Positions 20,697-31,054 of a stretch of 64,000 nucleotides of DNA are shown here, piece by piece (within the stretch, counting starts at the first letter, position 1; every line of letters starts with the position of its first letter). Both the position numbers and the translations under genes were made by a program. The stretch is from the IMG/VR virus record IMGVR_UViG_3300030101_003608, positions 46,526 to 110,525 of that record. One strand, given 5' to 3'. Origin of the DNA: a virus. Under the pieces are notes generated by a model that saw only the letters and a program-made list of their open reading frames with translations, searched no databases and was not told the origin of the DNA.

Positions 20697-20927
20697 TTAT
20701 TTTCTTTTAAGGGTTTTCTTTCTAGGTAAAGTTTTCTTAGGTGCAGCAGATGATTTACCAGCTATAGTCTGTAGTTTTTTAACTTCAGCCATAGCAGCTT
20801 TTCTAATATCAGCCATTAATTTAGTATCCTTTTGGATATCTTGAGCTCTTTGTAAAGTACTCATTGCTGAAGCTACTTCAAACTCACGCATTTCTTTTTT
20901 AGTCATAGTGTTAGTAAATTTAATCAT
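20697..20927 (-). CDS. Small basic protein
   Basis: 76 aa, helical, basic C-terminus; tightly packed in operon. Confidence 0.65.
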   Translation of the reverse strand: MIKFTNTMTKKEMREFEVASAMSTLQRAQDIQKDTKLMADIRKAAMAEVKKLQTIAGKSSAAPKKTLPRKKTLKRK

Positions 20928-21139
20928 TTTACTCTATACTGTTTCATAGGTGTAGCTACTCCACCAGTTCTAAGCGTTCTTCCTTGAATAGTTCTGGGAT
21001 TATTAGAATACTTAGGCATTGTTTTACCACAACCGCAGCCTCCACCATATTTCATTTTTTTCATCATTTTGAAATCTTGAGCATCAATCTTTCCATTTTT
21101 GTTTTTGTCCAGTTTATACTGGTTTCCTTTTAGTGCCAT
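20924..21139 (-). CDS. Small basic protein with EF-hand-like loop
   Basis: DKNKNGKIDAQD matches the 12-residue EF-hand loop; MKYGG and LRTGG motifs. Confidence 0.65.
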   Translation of the reverse strand: MALKGNQYKLDKNKNGKIDAQDFKMMKKMKYGGGCGCGKTMPKYSNNPRTIQGRTLRTGGVATPMKQYRVK

Positions 21140-21150
21140 ATCTTATAATT

Positions 21151-21621
21151 TTACATACATCTTCTACTACCTTTTGGGTTTCTTGTCCATTGACCACCAT
21201 GTCCATATTTACCACCCTTTTTCATATTTGTATAGTACTCTGGTTCCGGGCTTGGTTCCTGTGGCCCAAGAGGAATTGGTGGAGGATTAAACGGTTGGTC
21301 TTTTGGTTCTAGATCTTTAAACTTTCTATTATAGAATTTTTGCATTCTAGCATCTACTCTACCTTTCTTTCTGTCTAATCTAGCAGCTTGTCTATAAGCT
21401 TTTGCTTCTCCTCTCATGTCTTGTCTTGCTTGACGGCCTGGAAACATATTATCTAAGAATGCATCAGCTTTGCTATAAAAATTTTGAATAGCTTTTCCTG
21501 TTTGTCTTCCTGGTTGAGCTTTAGGTAGCTTTTTTTTCATTTTCTTTACTCCACCTTTTTTATAAGCTTTCATACTAGCACCACCTGTTCCATACATCAT
21601 TTTTTTTCTATATCCTGGCAT
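21151..21621 (-). CDS. Basic protein with multiple xxxGG motifs
   Basis: YGTGG, YKKGG, LPKAQPG, MKKGG, YGHGG. Confidence 0.7.
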   Translation of the reverse strand: MPGYRKKMMYGTGGASMKAYKKGGVKKMKKKLPKAQPGRQTGKAIQNFYSKADAFLDNMFPGRQARQDMRGEAKAYRQAARLDRKKGRVDARMQKFYNRKFKDLEPKDQPFNPPPIPLGPQEPSPEPEYYTNMKKGGKYGHGGQWTRNPKGSRRCM

Positions 21622-21639
21622 AACTTTTATTTTTTAAAT

Positions 21640-22659
21640 TTAACTTTTCCAATAATTTTCACACTCTTTAGTTAAATCATCTAAGACATCTTCATTAAGA
21701 GGATTCTTTAAGAATTCAACTGTATCAGAAACATTTCTTCCCAACATGACATTCTTCTTGTTGTGATAGATATGTCCATCGCTCTTAGTAATAATATACT
21801 TAAAAAAGCTGGAATCTTTAACAATACTTCTAATTTTTAATGATTCCATGTCTGAATTTACTACATCTAAGAAAGTATTAACCGCTCTTTCCATATTGCT
21901 TTCAGCTCCATCTCCGTGAATATATGTATCCATATTTTCATATAAAATATCCAGTGGAGTAGACTTTTTATATTGTGTACTACTTGCATCTACAACTTTT
22001 GCTACATAGAATAATTTAGTACTATTCTTATCAAACAACTTTTGTAGCTCAGATAGTGCTTTATTTCTAAGCTTCTTATATTCAGTTCTACTAGATACAG
22101 TTTCTGCATCTTTATCTAAATAAAACTTAGGTGGTCTAGGTTTTGCTTTTGCATCTTCATAACTTTTTGCAATTAAAGAAAACCCACCTGCCTCAATAGC
22201 ATGCAATTTAATTCTATCATAAGGATCAGACATATTTAAAAACAAAGGTTCATTTCCTACACTTATGTCTATCTTATTCCAGAATTCATTGTTATCTGGT
22301 TTTAATAATTTTACTTTATTCCAAAAATCTTTGTCTTCTGGATCAAGTATGTTAGAAGCTAATTCTGCTTCTAGATCTGCAACAGATTCTCTAATCTGTC
22401 TTACCTTAGCTTCTCTAGCTTCTTTGGAAAGTTTTTTGACTTCTGGAGCAAACTCATTAAGACCTGTTAGATATCTATTAATTCCATTAATCTCTAGACA
22501 TGCTAATTGTTCTTGATGTTTTATTCCATCAAATAAACTTAATCCATAATTTTCTAATCCCATATTTTCTGATCTTGCATCAAAATAGGGTCTAATAGTA
22601 ATCTTTGATTCTCTACTAGCTGATGGTGTTTCCACCATTGTAAATTGTTCTTTTGCCAT
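21640..22659 (-). CDS. Conserved crAss-like protein downstream of the major capsid gene
   Basis: 339 aa; RYLTGLNE..FW...GNEPLFL...P; synteny with the crAss capsid module. Confidence 0.6.
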   Translation of the reverse strand: MAKEQFTMVETPSASRESKITIRPYFDARSENMGLENYGLSLFDGIKHQEQLACLEINGINRYLTGLNEFAPEVKKLSKEAREAKVRQIRESVADLEAELASNILDPEDKDFWNKVKLLKPDNNEFWNKIDISVGNEPLFLNMSDPYDRIKLHAIEAGGFSLIAKSYEDAKAKPRPPKFYLDKDAETVSSRTEYKKLRNKALSELQKLFDKNSTKLFYVAKVVDASSTQYKKSTPLDILYENMDTYIHGDGAESNMERAVNTFLDVVNSDMESLKIRSIVKDSSFFKYIITKSDGHIYHNKKNVMLGRNVSDTVEFLKNPLNEDVLDDLTKECENYWKS

Positions 22660-22698
22660 TGGTTTTTATTTTTGTTGGTTATTATTTTGTTGGTTATT

Positions 22699-22733
22699 AA
22701 AAAAAAAGGGAGAGGAATAGCCCTCCCCCTTTT
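22699..22733 (-). terminator. Intrinsic terminator after major capsid gene
   Basis: GC-rich hairpin with a 9-U tract on the minus strand. Confidence 0.75.
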
Positions 22734-22752
22734 ATAAGAATCTATTGTTAGA

Positions 22753-24372
22753 TTAGAATGATCCTCCAGTAACTGGGTTTCTCATAACAATCTTCAATAC
22801 CTTAGTTGGGTCTTTTACCCATACAGCTGGCATTGTTTGAGACATCATTACTCTGTATCCATTGAATTGACCAGAAGACTGGAATCCTTGGCTACGTCCC
22901 ATGTAGTCCATTGTACCATTTTGATACCACCACTTAAGTTGATTATCCCAAGATAACTTCAATAAGAAGATGTTATCGTTAGTATTATCAGTGATGTCAA
23001 AGATAATGAATGAATAAGAAGATAATGGGAATCCATCAATAATTGGGTTCTCAATATCATTAGTATTAACATTATCAAATGCTGGGTTAAGTACAAACTT
23101 AACGTTAGCTAAGAAAGGAATCACATAAGAAGTGTAAGCAAAACCAAAGTTAAGATCCATTCCTTGACCAGTGATTGCACCTATATCAGCAGCTTGAATT
23201 ACAAGACCTGATGCTACAGCTTCACGTTTGATAGCTTCATTAACCATTCTCATTCCACCCATACCAGTTTGTACAATCAATTGTCTACTTGGATCTGGAC
23301 CTTGGAATTCAACTTTTCCATTAAAGAAGTTATAAATCTCAGAACGGAATAAGTCAAGGTTAAAGTTATTCTTATTGTATACTCTTTTGAAAGAGTTATC
23401 AAGTTGTTGCCAAAGACCTACAGATAATCTTAAATCATCTGGTCCGTCTTGTCTAACTCTACCACCTTGTCCCCACATTAGGTAAGACTCAATATCATTT
23501 GATACCTTAGTTAAGTGAGCAGCTTCCATGTTAGTAAGGAAAGATCTAGAAAGATCACCATTATCAAATGCTTTCTTTACACCATCTTTACCCATTTTTG
23601 ATACCATATCTTCTAATGAAGTTATAGAACTATCCATGCTATCTCCTGAAGATCTCCAGATCTCAGTTACAGGAATAGTACCATCAGCATTCATTCCACC
23701 TTTGATCATAAGATCAGCTCTAGAAGAAACTGAGTAGTGAACGTGAGCTTCTGCTCCTCCTACATAGTTGTAGAATTCACGGAAACCTGTTCCTGTTGTG
23801 ATGTCAGAAAATCTTTCACCATACTCACCTCTAGCAGAACCTTTTCTAAAGTATTTAGTTCCATTTGCTAAAAATGCAGAATCAAAAGTTGCAGAGTTAT
23901 TATTATTAACCATCTGAACTGTGTAGATAAACCCATCACCTGTAGGAAGAATATCCTCATCAGTAATGTAAAGTTCAGCTCCATTGTATTTGTCATAAGT
24001 GATGATATCACCATGTCCAAATTCTCTGCAGCTCATCTTGATACGGAAAGTAGTACCATCAGCACCTCTAGTATTTGCCAAAGTTGGATCAATATCCTCA
24101 ATTATATAAGGAAGATCTCTTGACACAGGTGTTTGCCACTTATACTCTCCACGAGCATTATCTACTTCAATTACATTTTTGCCACCAAAGCTAGACATTT
24201 GATAAAGAGGCATTTCAACTTTCTGAGACATTGCCCATAAGTCCACTGGACCTAAATCCATTGGTTCTGCATCCTTCAACATGTTAACCAGGTGGTAAGA
24301 GTCTACGTGTGAACTTGCGCTGTACGCTGTATCCCGTAGAAAGATACCATTGTTTAAAACTGGAGTTGCCAT
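22753..24372 (-). CDS. Major capsid protein (crAss-like HK97 fold)
   Basis: 539 aa; DSYHL, EYKW, GLWQQL, TGMGG..NEAI motifs; follows portal/scaffold and is followed by a strong terminator. Confidence 0.85.
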   Translation of the reverse strand: MATPVLNNGIFLRDTAYSASSHVDSYHLVNMLKDAEPMDLGPVDLWAMSQKVEMPLYQMSSFGGKNVIEVDNARGEYKWQTPVSRDLPYIIEDIDPTLANTRGADGTTFRIKMSCREFGHGDIITYDKYNGAELYITDEDILPTGDGFIYTVQMVNNNNSATFDSAFLANGTKYFRKGSARGEYGERFSDITTGTGFREFYNYVGGAEAHVHYSVSSRADLMIKGGMNADGTIPVTEIWRSSGDSMDSSITSLEDMVSKMGKDGVKKAFDNGDLSRSFLTNMEAAHLTKVSNDIESYLMWGQGGRVRQDGPDDLRLSVGLWQQLDNSFKRVYNKNNFNLDLFRSEIYNFFNGKVEFQGPDPSRQLIVQTGMGGMRMVNEAIKREAVASGLVIQAADIGAITGQGMDLNFGFAYTSYVIPFLANVKFVLNPAFDNVNTNDIENPIIDGFPLSSYSFIIFDITDNTNDNIFLLKLSWDNQLKWWYQNGTMDYMGRSQGFQSSGQFNGYRVMMSQTMPAVWVKDPTKVLKIVMRNPVTGGSF

Positions 24373-24400
24373 TTATTATTTGTTTTTATTGTTTACTAAT

Positions 24401-25702
24401 TTAAAATCTTTTGAACATATTGTTCTTTCTTTGTACTGTTGGTTGTTTTCTTGTTGTCCCTTTTCTCTTAGCATTGCCAGAAGCTTGTGCTTGAGATGAA
24501 GAACTAATTTTCTTAGACTGTGCAGTTTTCAGTTTTCTTACTGTATCTGCAACAGCTTCTTGACTACCAAGACTTTTAACTTTGTTTTTATATCCGTCTG
24601 GATCTGAAAGTAACCAAAGTGCTTCTGCAATAAGGTCATGTCTTGGTTCTACAAACTGATATTTTTCAAGAAGATGCCCTAATAAATTTGTAGGCTTTCC
24701 TGATATAGAAGGATAATTAGGTTGTACTAATCCAGAGTATAAATGATTTTGTAGCTTTCTATCTAATTTAATGTCTCCTAATTTGCCTTGTGAAAGTGTA
24801 GTATATACATTATCCATATACTGTGCAGCAGCTTGTTCTTGTTGAACTTTCTTTTGCTCTTGTTCAGCTAACTTATTAGCAACCATCTTCTCTTGCATTT
24901 TATCAAGCTTTGGTTTAAACTGTTTAGCTTTTTTCTCTAGCCTCTCAATATCTGCCCAATCTTGTATTTCTGCTTCTATTTCTTCTGCTGTACCAAAATT
25001 AGTTGCTGTAAGATATTGTCTTGCAATCTCTGCTTGATGATTTTCATTTTCTGGATCTAGTTGTATAACTTCTTCAACATGTGATAAAGTTCTAAACAAT
25101 CCTTTCATGTCTGTACCACCATCTGCAACATATTTAGCAGCTACTTGAAGTTCAGAAGGCAATGAATTAAAAAATTCTTTTGGAGTATTTTCTCTAATTT
25201 GAGCTTCTCTTTCTTGAAAGTTAGCTTCAAACAGTTCTCTAAAATCTTTAGTAGTGTATTCTTCAATAGGCTTATCATCATCAAAGCCAAAAAGAGTACC
25301 CTCTTCAATCATTTTATGAGCTAAATCAACTAGACCACTTTTATCAGTTTTACGTCTACCTGGTTTAGTTTCTCCTACTTCCTCTTCAGTAATTGCATCA
25401 TCTAGTTCAGCTAGTGCTTCATCAACCAGTTCCTTTTTTTGTTCAGGCGTTGCTGGTTGCTCTGTCTCTGCACCTACTTCTTCAGTTGTAGTTTCAGTCT
25501 TGTCAATGAACGTTGTGTCAAGTTCTTCTGGTTTAGAGAAGATGTTTGACTTTTTTTCTTGTGGTTCCGGTTCAACTTCTTCTGCTGGTAACATTATACT
25601 CTCAGCGCCTGGTTGACCAAAAATCTCATCAAGGTTTACATCTACTTCCTCTACCGTTGTAGAGTCTTGTACTTGAGTTTCCTCATTTAATTCTTCTGCC
25701 AT
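24401..25702 (-). CDS. Acidic scaffold-like protein upstream of major capsid
   Basis: Glu/Asp-rich N-terminus, coiled coil, basic tail; canonical position. Confidence 0.6.
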   Translation of the reverse strand: MAEELNEETQVQDSTTVEEVDVNLDEIFGQPGAESIMLPAEEVEPEPQEKKSNIFSKPEELDTTFIDKTETTTEEVGAETEQPATPEQKKELVDEALAELDDAITEEEVGETKPGRRKTDKSGLVDLAHKMIEEGTLFGFDDDKPIEEYTTKDFRELFEANFQEREAQIRENTPKEFFNSLPSELQVAAKYVADGGTDMKGLFRTLSHVEEVIQLDPENENHQAEIARQYLTATNFGTAEEIEAEIQDWADIERLEKKAKQFKPKLDKMQEKMVANKLAEQEQKKVQQEQAAAQYMDNVYTTLSQGKLGDIKLDRKLQNHLYSGLVQPNYPSISGKPTNLLGHLLEKYQFVEPRHDLIAEALWLLSDPDGYKNKVKSLGSQEAVADTVRKLKTAQSKKISSSSQAQASGNAKRKGTTRKQPTVQRKNNMFKRF

Positions 25703-25800
25703 TTGTTAGTTTTTGTTGGTTATTACTTTAATATACTAAAATAAATCTTAAAAATTTAAAATTACGGTAAAAATTTATACATTTTTTTCCCATTATATAG

Positions 25801-26073
25801 CTATTTTAGTTTTTTAAATATTTTTTCAAGCTGTTTTATGTAAAATTCTCTTTCTTCAGATCTTACTAATGAAACCTCTTTTATAAAGTTTTCTCTTTCA
25901 GCATGACATTGTGTTAAAAATTGTTCTCTTTCCTTATGCCATGTCTCTCTTTCTCTTGTAGATCTTTCGGATATTTCTTCAATTTTTCTAAGAAGCCATC
26001 TTTCTCTAGTAATAGCATATAAAACCCAGATACCAAGTACCCCATATTGTGTTAATATTTCAAAGGCATCCAT
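25801..26073 (-). CDS. Small membrane protein, BhlA/UviB-like holin candidate
   Basis: N-terminal TM (TQYGVLGIWVLYAI) followed by RE-rich coiled coil. Confidence 0.4.
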   Translation of the reverse strand: MDAFEILTQYGVLGIWVLYAITRERWLLRKIEEISERSTRERETWHKEREQFLTQCHAERENFIKEVSLVRSEEREFYIKQLEKIFKKLK

Positions 26074-28832
26074 TACTTCTTATTCTTTTTAGGAGTTTTG
26101 ACATCATACTTGTTTTTATTCTCTCTAGCTATTTGCAATTGTTTATCAGCTACTTCTCTTTGAGCTTGAATTCTTTGTTCTTCAATGCTCATTTTTTGAG
26201 AATGCTTAACCATATCATCACTAAGCTTTTGTCTTTGTATATTAGTTTGTTGAGTATATTGTTCACTTTTTCTAATCTCTGACATAGCATCTCTATAGTC
26301 ATTCATTTGATTTTTGTCTATATCTACCATAGAACCATAACCAGCAGCTCTAATTTCTGCAATAAGAATATCTTTTTGTCTTTCTTTTTCTGCCTCTGCT
26401 GCTTCAGCATCAAGCTTAGTTTGTTGCATCTGTTGTTGAGCTTGAGTTTGCTGTTGCTGCATTTGCTGCGCCTGTTGCATTTCCTCTTGTTTTTGTTTCT
26501 CTTGTTTATCCTGACTATCTTTTAATACATGAGATAGTTCAGCTACGGAATCAGATTGAATGATTTGACCTAAGTCATAAATGCTAGCACCTGTAGTATT
26601 ATTATTCATAGCTAACTGTTTTAATTGTTCTAATACAGCTCTGTGATTAGCGGTAGTTGTGCAAAAGATATTTAGCTCTCTTAATAACATTTCTGTACCT
26701 TCTATTTCAAAGTTTACTTTTTCTTCTTTATTTGTAAGATATGTAAGTCTTTTTGAAGGATTATTGCTATGATAATACTGGGCAAGATCTGTTCTCATTT
26801 GATGTACTCTTGGCATTAAGTAATCAGAATGTTGAATAAAATACATTTCAGTTTGCGCATATGATGCATTAGCGGCTTGCTCTACTCCTGTTGCAGTCAT
26901 TTGAGATAACTGTTGTCCCATTCTTTGCGGGTTAACTCCAATTGTTTCATAAGCTTGTTGCTTAAAGTAATTAGATAACTGAATTCTAGACATAAGTCTA
27001 TTAGTCTGTTCTAAGTCAAGCTTTTGAAAATGCTGGAAGTTTAATGCATTCTCCGTATTTGTAATAGAAGTATCTAAAGGTAACATTTGGAAATCCTTCA
27101 TAGCTACATAAGCTTTTGCTAGATTACCTTTACCCCAATCTTCTCCTAATGAATGTTTAGGAAGTGTGTTTTGATCAAGCATTATGACTGTACCTAATTC
27201 ATCTACCAGTATATCTGCTATTTGATTATTTACTAAGTTATATCCAATTTGAAAAGGTTTCATTAAGTCAATTAATGATGTTGACTTAGTATTTCTATCT
27301 GAGAATACAGCTCCTTCTACAGGGAGCTTACAACCGTATAAATTATCATCACCTTTAAATTGAAACTTAAGTGGGCCAGGAGTCTTTTTATCTATTCCTA
27401 CATAAATAGGAGTAAAGCCATTATTAATATCCATACCATAATAACTTGGAATATTTGGTCCTATTTTTACACCACCCCAAACTTGATTAATCCATATCCA
27501 CTCAATATGTTCACCAAAAAGTAAATTGTCTTTATTTTTATTTTTAAACAATCTATTATCATAAAGAGGTTTATCCATTACTTTGTAATCCTCTGTTACT
27601 ATATCTGTAAACACATTTCCTACTTCATCTATCTTTGTAAGATGACCAAGTTTTCTTTGAGACTTCCAGTAAGCAGTTGTAACTCTAATTAAATTATTTT
27701 GATTATAGATATTATTATTGTAACCTTCTCCTTCTGATAAGATTTGATTTACTATATCTCCGTTAGTTGTTTGATCATTAGCTAAAGCTGTAGTATACTG
27801 TCTCATTGCTAATGAAGGCATTTCTGTATTCCACTTATGCGATCTGCTTGCATCATAAAAAGTTCCATCATTCTGGTAACCTCCCATTGCATAAGTTGCT
27901 GATTGAATAGGATAAGCTGCTTCTAAAGATGCTAATTGCTTTTCTGACATTAAATACCCATACTGATCTATTACATCAGATGGAGTTAACATATCAGTTT
28001 TACCAACCCAGTTAGATTGAGAAATATATCTTGCTTGAGGCGATTTATGATAAAATGTTAATACAGGATTCCAAAGTTCTACATCATAGTCATCCTCCAT
28101 CATTCTCATATGCCAGAACTCTCTATCTGTAATAAGCATATCTCTGAAAGCTCTTTCTTCTAACTCATCCATTCTATATCTTTCTGCGTCCACACTATGC
28201 TGATGTGTTGCCCACTGTTCTAACATAGATCTATAATCTTTCTTAAAAAAAGATTCTATCTCAGGTAAAGTTTTAATATTTTCAGGATTAAGTTGTTTTT
28301 GAGCTTCTTCAGATTGTGGGTCTAAACCTTGTTCAATTAACGCAGCAATAATTTTTTCTTCTGCATCAGACATCAAAGTTTCTTCTACCATCTTTCTTTT
28401 TTCTTCCATGAGCTCATTATAAGAATGCTCATCAACAGCTCTATAGGTAAGTTTAGTAGATCTTTTTGCAAACTCTGCAGTCAATACATTTATTACATTG
28501 GGTATAATAGGATAGAATTTAAGTTCTAATGCAGCATCTTCATCTCTGTTTGCTATCATATCTACTATGTCTGCATACTCATTATCTTCTTCTACAATAT
28601 AATCCGATTTATCAATTATACCTTTTGCAAGTTTATAATTTTTCATTAGTCTTCTAGAGTTTCTTCGGATTTGTTTAAGACCTTCCCACTCTAACCAATC
28701 TAAATTCCAAGCAGCCCATTCTTCATTTTTTTTCTTATTGGGTAAGAACTGAAGAGGTTGAGTAATAGCACCCATTCTATTTCTTTCAACCTTTGCTCCT
28801 TTTTTTAATTGAAGTGCATTATATACCTGCAT
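26073..28832 (-). CDS. Portal protein
   Basis: 919 aa; YPIIPNVINVL, SLIDLMKPFQ, Q-rich C-terminal coiled coil; immediately after terminase. Confidence 0.85.
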   Translation of the reverse strand: MQVYNALQLKKGAKVERNRMGAITQPLQFLPNKKKNEEWAAWNLDWLEWEGLKQIRRNSRRLMKNYKLAKGIIDKSDYIVEEDNEYADIVDMIANRDEDAALELKFYPIIPNVINVLTAEFAKRSTKLTYRAVDEHSYNELMEEKRKMVEETLMSDAEEKIIAALIEQGLDPQSEEAQKQLNPENIKTLPEIESFFKKDYRSMLEQWATHQHSVDAERYRMDELEERAFRDMLITDREFWHMRMMEDDYDVELWNPVLTFYHKSPQARYISQSNWVGKTDMLTPSDVIDQYGYLMSEKQLASLEAAYPIQSATYAMGGYQNDGTFYDASRSHKWNTEMPSLAMRQYTTALANDQTTNGDIVNQILSEGEGYNNNIYNQNNLIRVTTAYWKSQRKLGHLTKIDEVGNVFTDIVTEDYKVMDKPLYDNRLFKNKNKDNLLFGEHIEWIWINQVWGGVKIGPNIPSYYGMDINNGFTPIYVGIDKKTPGPLKFQFKGDDNLYGCKLPVEGAVFSDRNTKSTSLIDLMKPFQIGYNLVNNQIADILVDELGTVIMLDQNTLPKHSLGEDWGKGNLAKAYVAMKDFQMLPLDTSITNTENALNFQHFQKLDLEQTNRLMSRIQLSNYFKQQAYETIGVNPQRMGQQLSQMTATGVEQAANASYAQTEMYFIQHSDYLMPRVHQMRTDLAQYYHSNNPSKRLTYLTNKEEKVNFEIEGTEMLLRELNIFCTTTANHRAVLEQLKQLAMNNNTTGASIYDLGQIIQSDSVAELSHVLKDSQDKQEKQKQEEMQQAQQMQQQQTQAQQQMQQTKLDAEAAEAEKERQKDILIAEIRAAGYGSMVDIDKNQMNDYRDAMSEIRKSEQYTQQTNIQRQKLSDDMVKHSQKMSIEEQRIQAQREVADKQLQIARENKNKYDVKTPKKNKK

Positions 28833-28837
28833 AGTTT

Positions 28838-31054
28838 TTATTTAATATTTTTAAAGGCAGATCTTTTTATAGATTTGCCATTTATTTTCTTTCTTTTTCT
28901 ACCCATATGTCTGAACGGACTACTATTTAATTTAAACAAATTTTCTGACTTTTGCAACTTTTTGGCTGCATCATCTCTTATGATTTGCTTAGTGTAACCT
29001 CTATTAGATTCTTGTATTCTCATAAAAGATACAAGTGCTACAAATGATACTAATCTATCCACATTGACTCCGTCTGCATATTCTTGCATTTCTTTTATAA
29101 GCATTGGATCTGGAATTCTTTCTATTCCATAAGTTGTTTTGAGAACAGTTCCATCTTCTGCTGTTTCTTGATCAAGCTCTTCTCTTACAAACTCTATCCC
29201 ATAACTTAACAAGTGTGACTTAAATAATGTTCCTGTATTTTTCCATCCATATTCTTGGAATACATTCTTATTAGCACCTAAGTCTTTTAAAAACATTATT
29301 TGACTTTTAGGTACAAGATACTTTTGCTTCTTTCTGCTTATCATGTAGTTAATAAATAATGATATGTTATTCTCTATTACTGTCCACGCATTATACCATT
29401 CTATTATAAGCTCTAATCTTTGGTGTGTTTGCTTTATGTCATCAAACCTTCCGCACCAAGCAGCTACAATCTTACTTTGTTCAATATAAGTTTCTGTTTC
29501 AGTACCGGTTACTTTAGTAACCTCTATAGAGTTTTTCATTACATATATAGAACATAGTGAATCAGATGTTGTAGTTTTACCTTCAGCTACAGGGTCAATA
29601 GAAGCATAGTAGGTTCCAAAGTCTGGTTTTTCTTTATTTGGTCTTTCCCATACCACCAAACAGCCTGTTTTGTCTTCAGTCTTTTTATTTACAGGAAAAT
29701 CTTTTATAGGTTGTTTGTTACTTTTTACAACGCTAGGTTTACCATTAGCATCTGCAGATATATCTAGAAACTCATAGCCATATTCTTTTTCTTCTATTCT
29801 TCTTGCTTGTGCAGAAAGAAGATGTGTAGGAAATACAGAAACAGATCTATTATCAAACGCTTCTTTAATATTTCTTGGATGCTGAGATATTCTCAATTGA
29901 TAATCTTCTGGAGCTAGATCTCTTTTCCAATCATCAAATTGTTTTTGTAAAGCTGCAGTAGCTTCTTCTACTTTAGAATTACCATACTCATCTATGTGCG
30001 GAGGCATTGACCATTGTTCAGGAATAAATAAACCTGACATACCTTCAGTACCTTTATGATCAATCAAATTAGTTTCTACAGCATAAACATCTTTAGAAGT
30101 TGGATTAAGTATCATATCCTTAAGTGGATTACATTGTGACAAATCACCCACAGATCCTGCTGCTATAAATAATCCAGTAGTAGTAAGCCCTGATCTCATT
30201 GCTGGTCTCATATACTCATATGTCTTATCCATCTTAGGTGCAATTCCTGCCTCCTCATGAAAGAAGTATTTAACTGGACCCCCTACACCATTTGTTGGAT
30301 CTTTCTCAAATGACATGCCTTGTATAGTTCCTTTAAGCCCTACTTCTGTTTTTCTGTTACCTTTCCTAACTTCAATCTTTTGTTGCCACATCATTACCTT
30401 ACTAGGATTCATTGGTCTATACCATGCAGTATGTTCATTTAAGAATGCAGCATACTCATCTAAGAACTTCCAAGATCCTTTCTCATTGATGTAATCTTTA
30501 AGACTAGCGCCTATTTTTAATGTTACCCCCGATTCAAACCATTGCTGATTTATAAGCTTTGCCATATGATAATAAGAAGAAGCTATCTGACGTTTCTTTA
30601 ATATAGCAACATGTTTATAATTTAACTCTGCTAGTACTTCATATAATGCCATGTGATATTGAGCATCTCTAATATCAGCAAATCCAAATCTTTGTATTTC
30701 TTTATTAAAGATTGGTAAAAAGTTTAGCCACATATAATAGTCTCTAGCTATGTACCAAGTTTTATCTTTTGTTTTAAATATTACTCCTTTTCTACATTTC
30801 TTTTTTTCACTTTCCCAGTAATTAATAAAATCTCTTGATTTAAATGGAGCTGCACAATAAAATCCTTGTTTGTTAAATCTACTAGCTTCTGCATTAAATT
30901 CTGCAGAAGTTTTATCAAAGTCATACTGACCAGGTTCTTTAAATAAATCTCTTACATAAGTAGCAAAGTCTTCTCTACTGTCAAAGTCTGTACTGGTCCA
31001 TGTACCATTGTCCCATGTAGGAATATCCTGATATATCTCTGTATCATTGGTCAT
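28838..31054 (-). CDS. Terminase large subunit
   Basis: LKKRQIASSY (Walker A-like), FFHEEAG (Walker B), ASIDPV nuclease Asp, NVDRLV. Confidence 0.9.
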   Translation of the reverse strand: MTNDTEIYQDIPTWDNGTWTSTDFDSREDFATYVRDLFKEPGQYDFDKTSAEFNAEASRFNKQGFYCAAPFKSRDFINYWESEKKKCRKGVIFKTKDKTWYIARDYYMWLNFLPIFNKEIQRFGFADIRDAQYHMALYEVLAELNYKHVAILKKRQIASSYYHMAKLINQQWFESGVTLKIGASLKDYINEKGSWKFLDEYAAFLNEHTAWYRPMNPSKVMMWQQKIEVRKGNRKTEVGLKGTIQGMSFEKDPTNGVGGPVKYFFHEEAGIAPKMDKTYEYMRPAMRSGLTTTGLFIAAGSVGDLSQCNPLKDMILNPTSKDVYAVETNLIDHKGTEGMSGLFIPEQWSMPPHIDEYGNSKVEEATAALQKQFDDWKRDLAPEDYQLRISQHPRNIKEAFDNRSVSVFPTHLLSAQARRIEEKEYGYEFLDISADANGKPSVVKSNKQPIKDFPVNKKTEDKTGCLVVWERPNKEKPDFGTYYASIDPVAEGKTTTSDSLCSIYVMKNSIEVTKVTGTETETYIEQSKIVAAWCGRFDDIKQTHQRLELIIEWYNAWTVIENNISLFINYMISRKKQKYLVPKSQIMFLKDLGANKNVFQEYGWKNTGTLFKSHLLSYGIEFVREELDQETAEDGTVLKTTYGIERIPDPMLIKEMQEYADGVNVDRLVSFVALVSFMRIQESNRGYTKQIIRDDAAKKLQKSENLFKLNSSPFRHMGRKRKKINGKSIKRSAFKNIK

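Noticed and set aside
22753-31054. Introns or inteins in terminase, portal or capsid genes
   Set aside because: ORFs are contiguous and of expected size, with no intein C...HN splice motifs seen.
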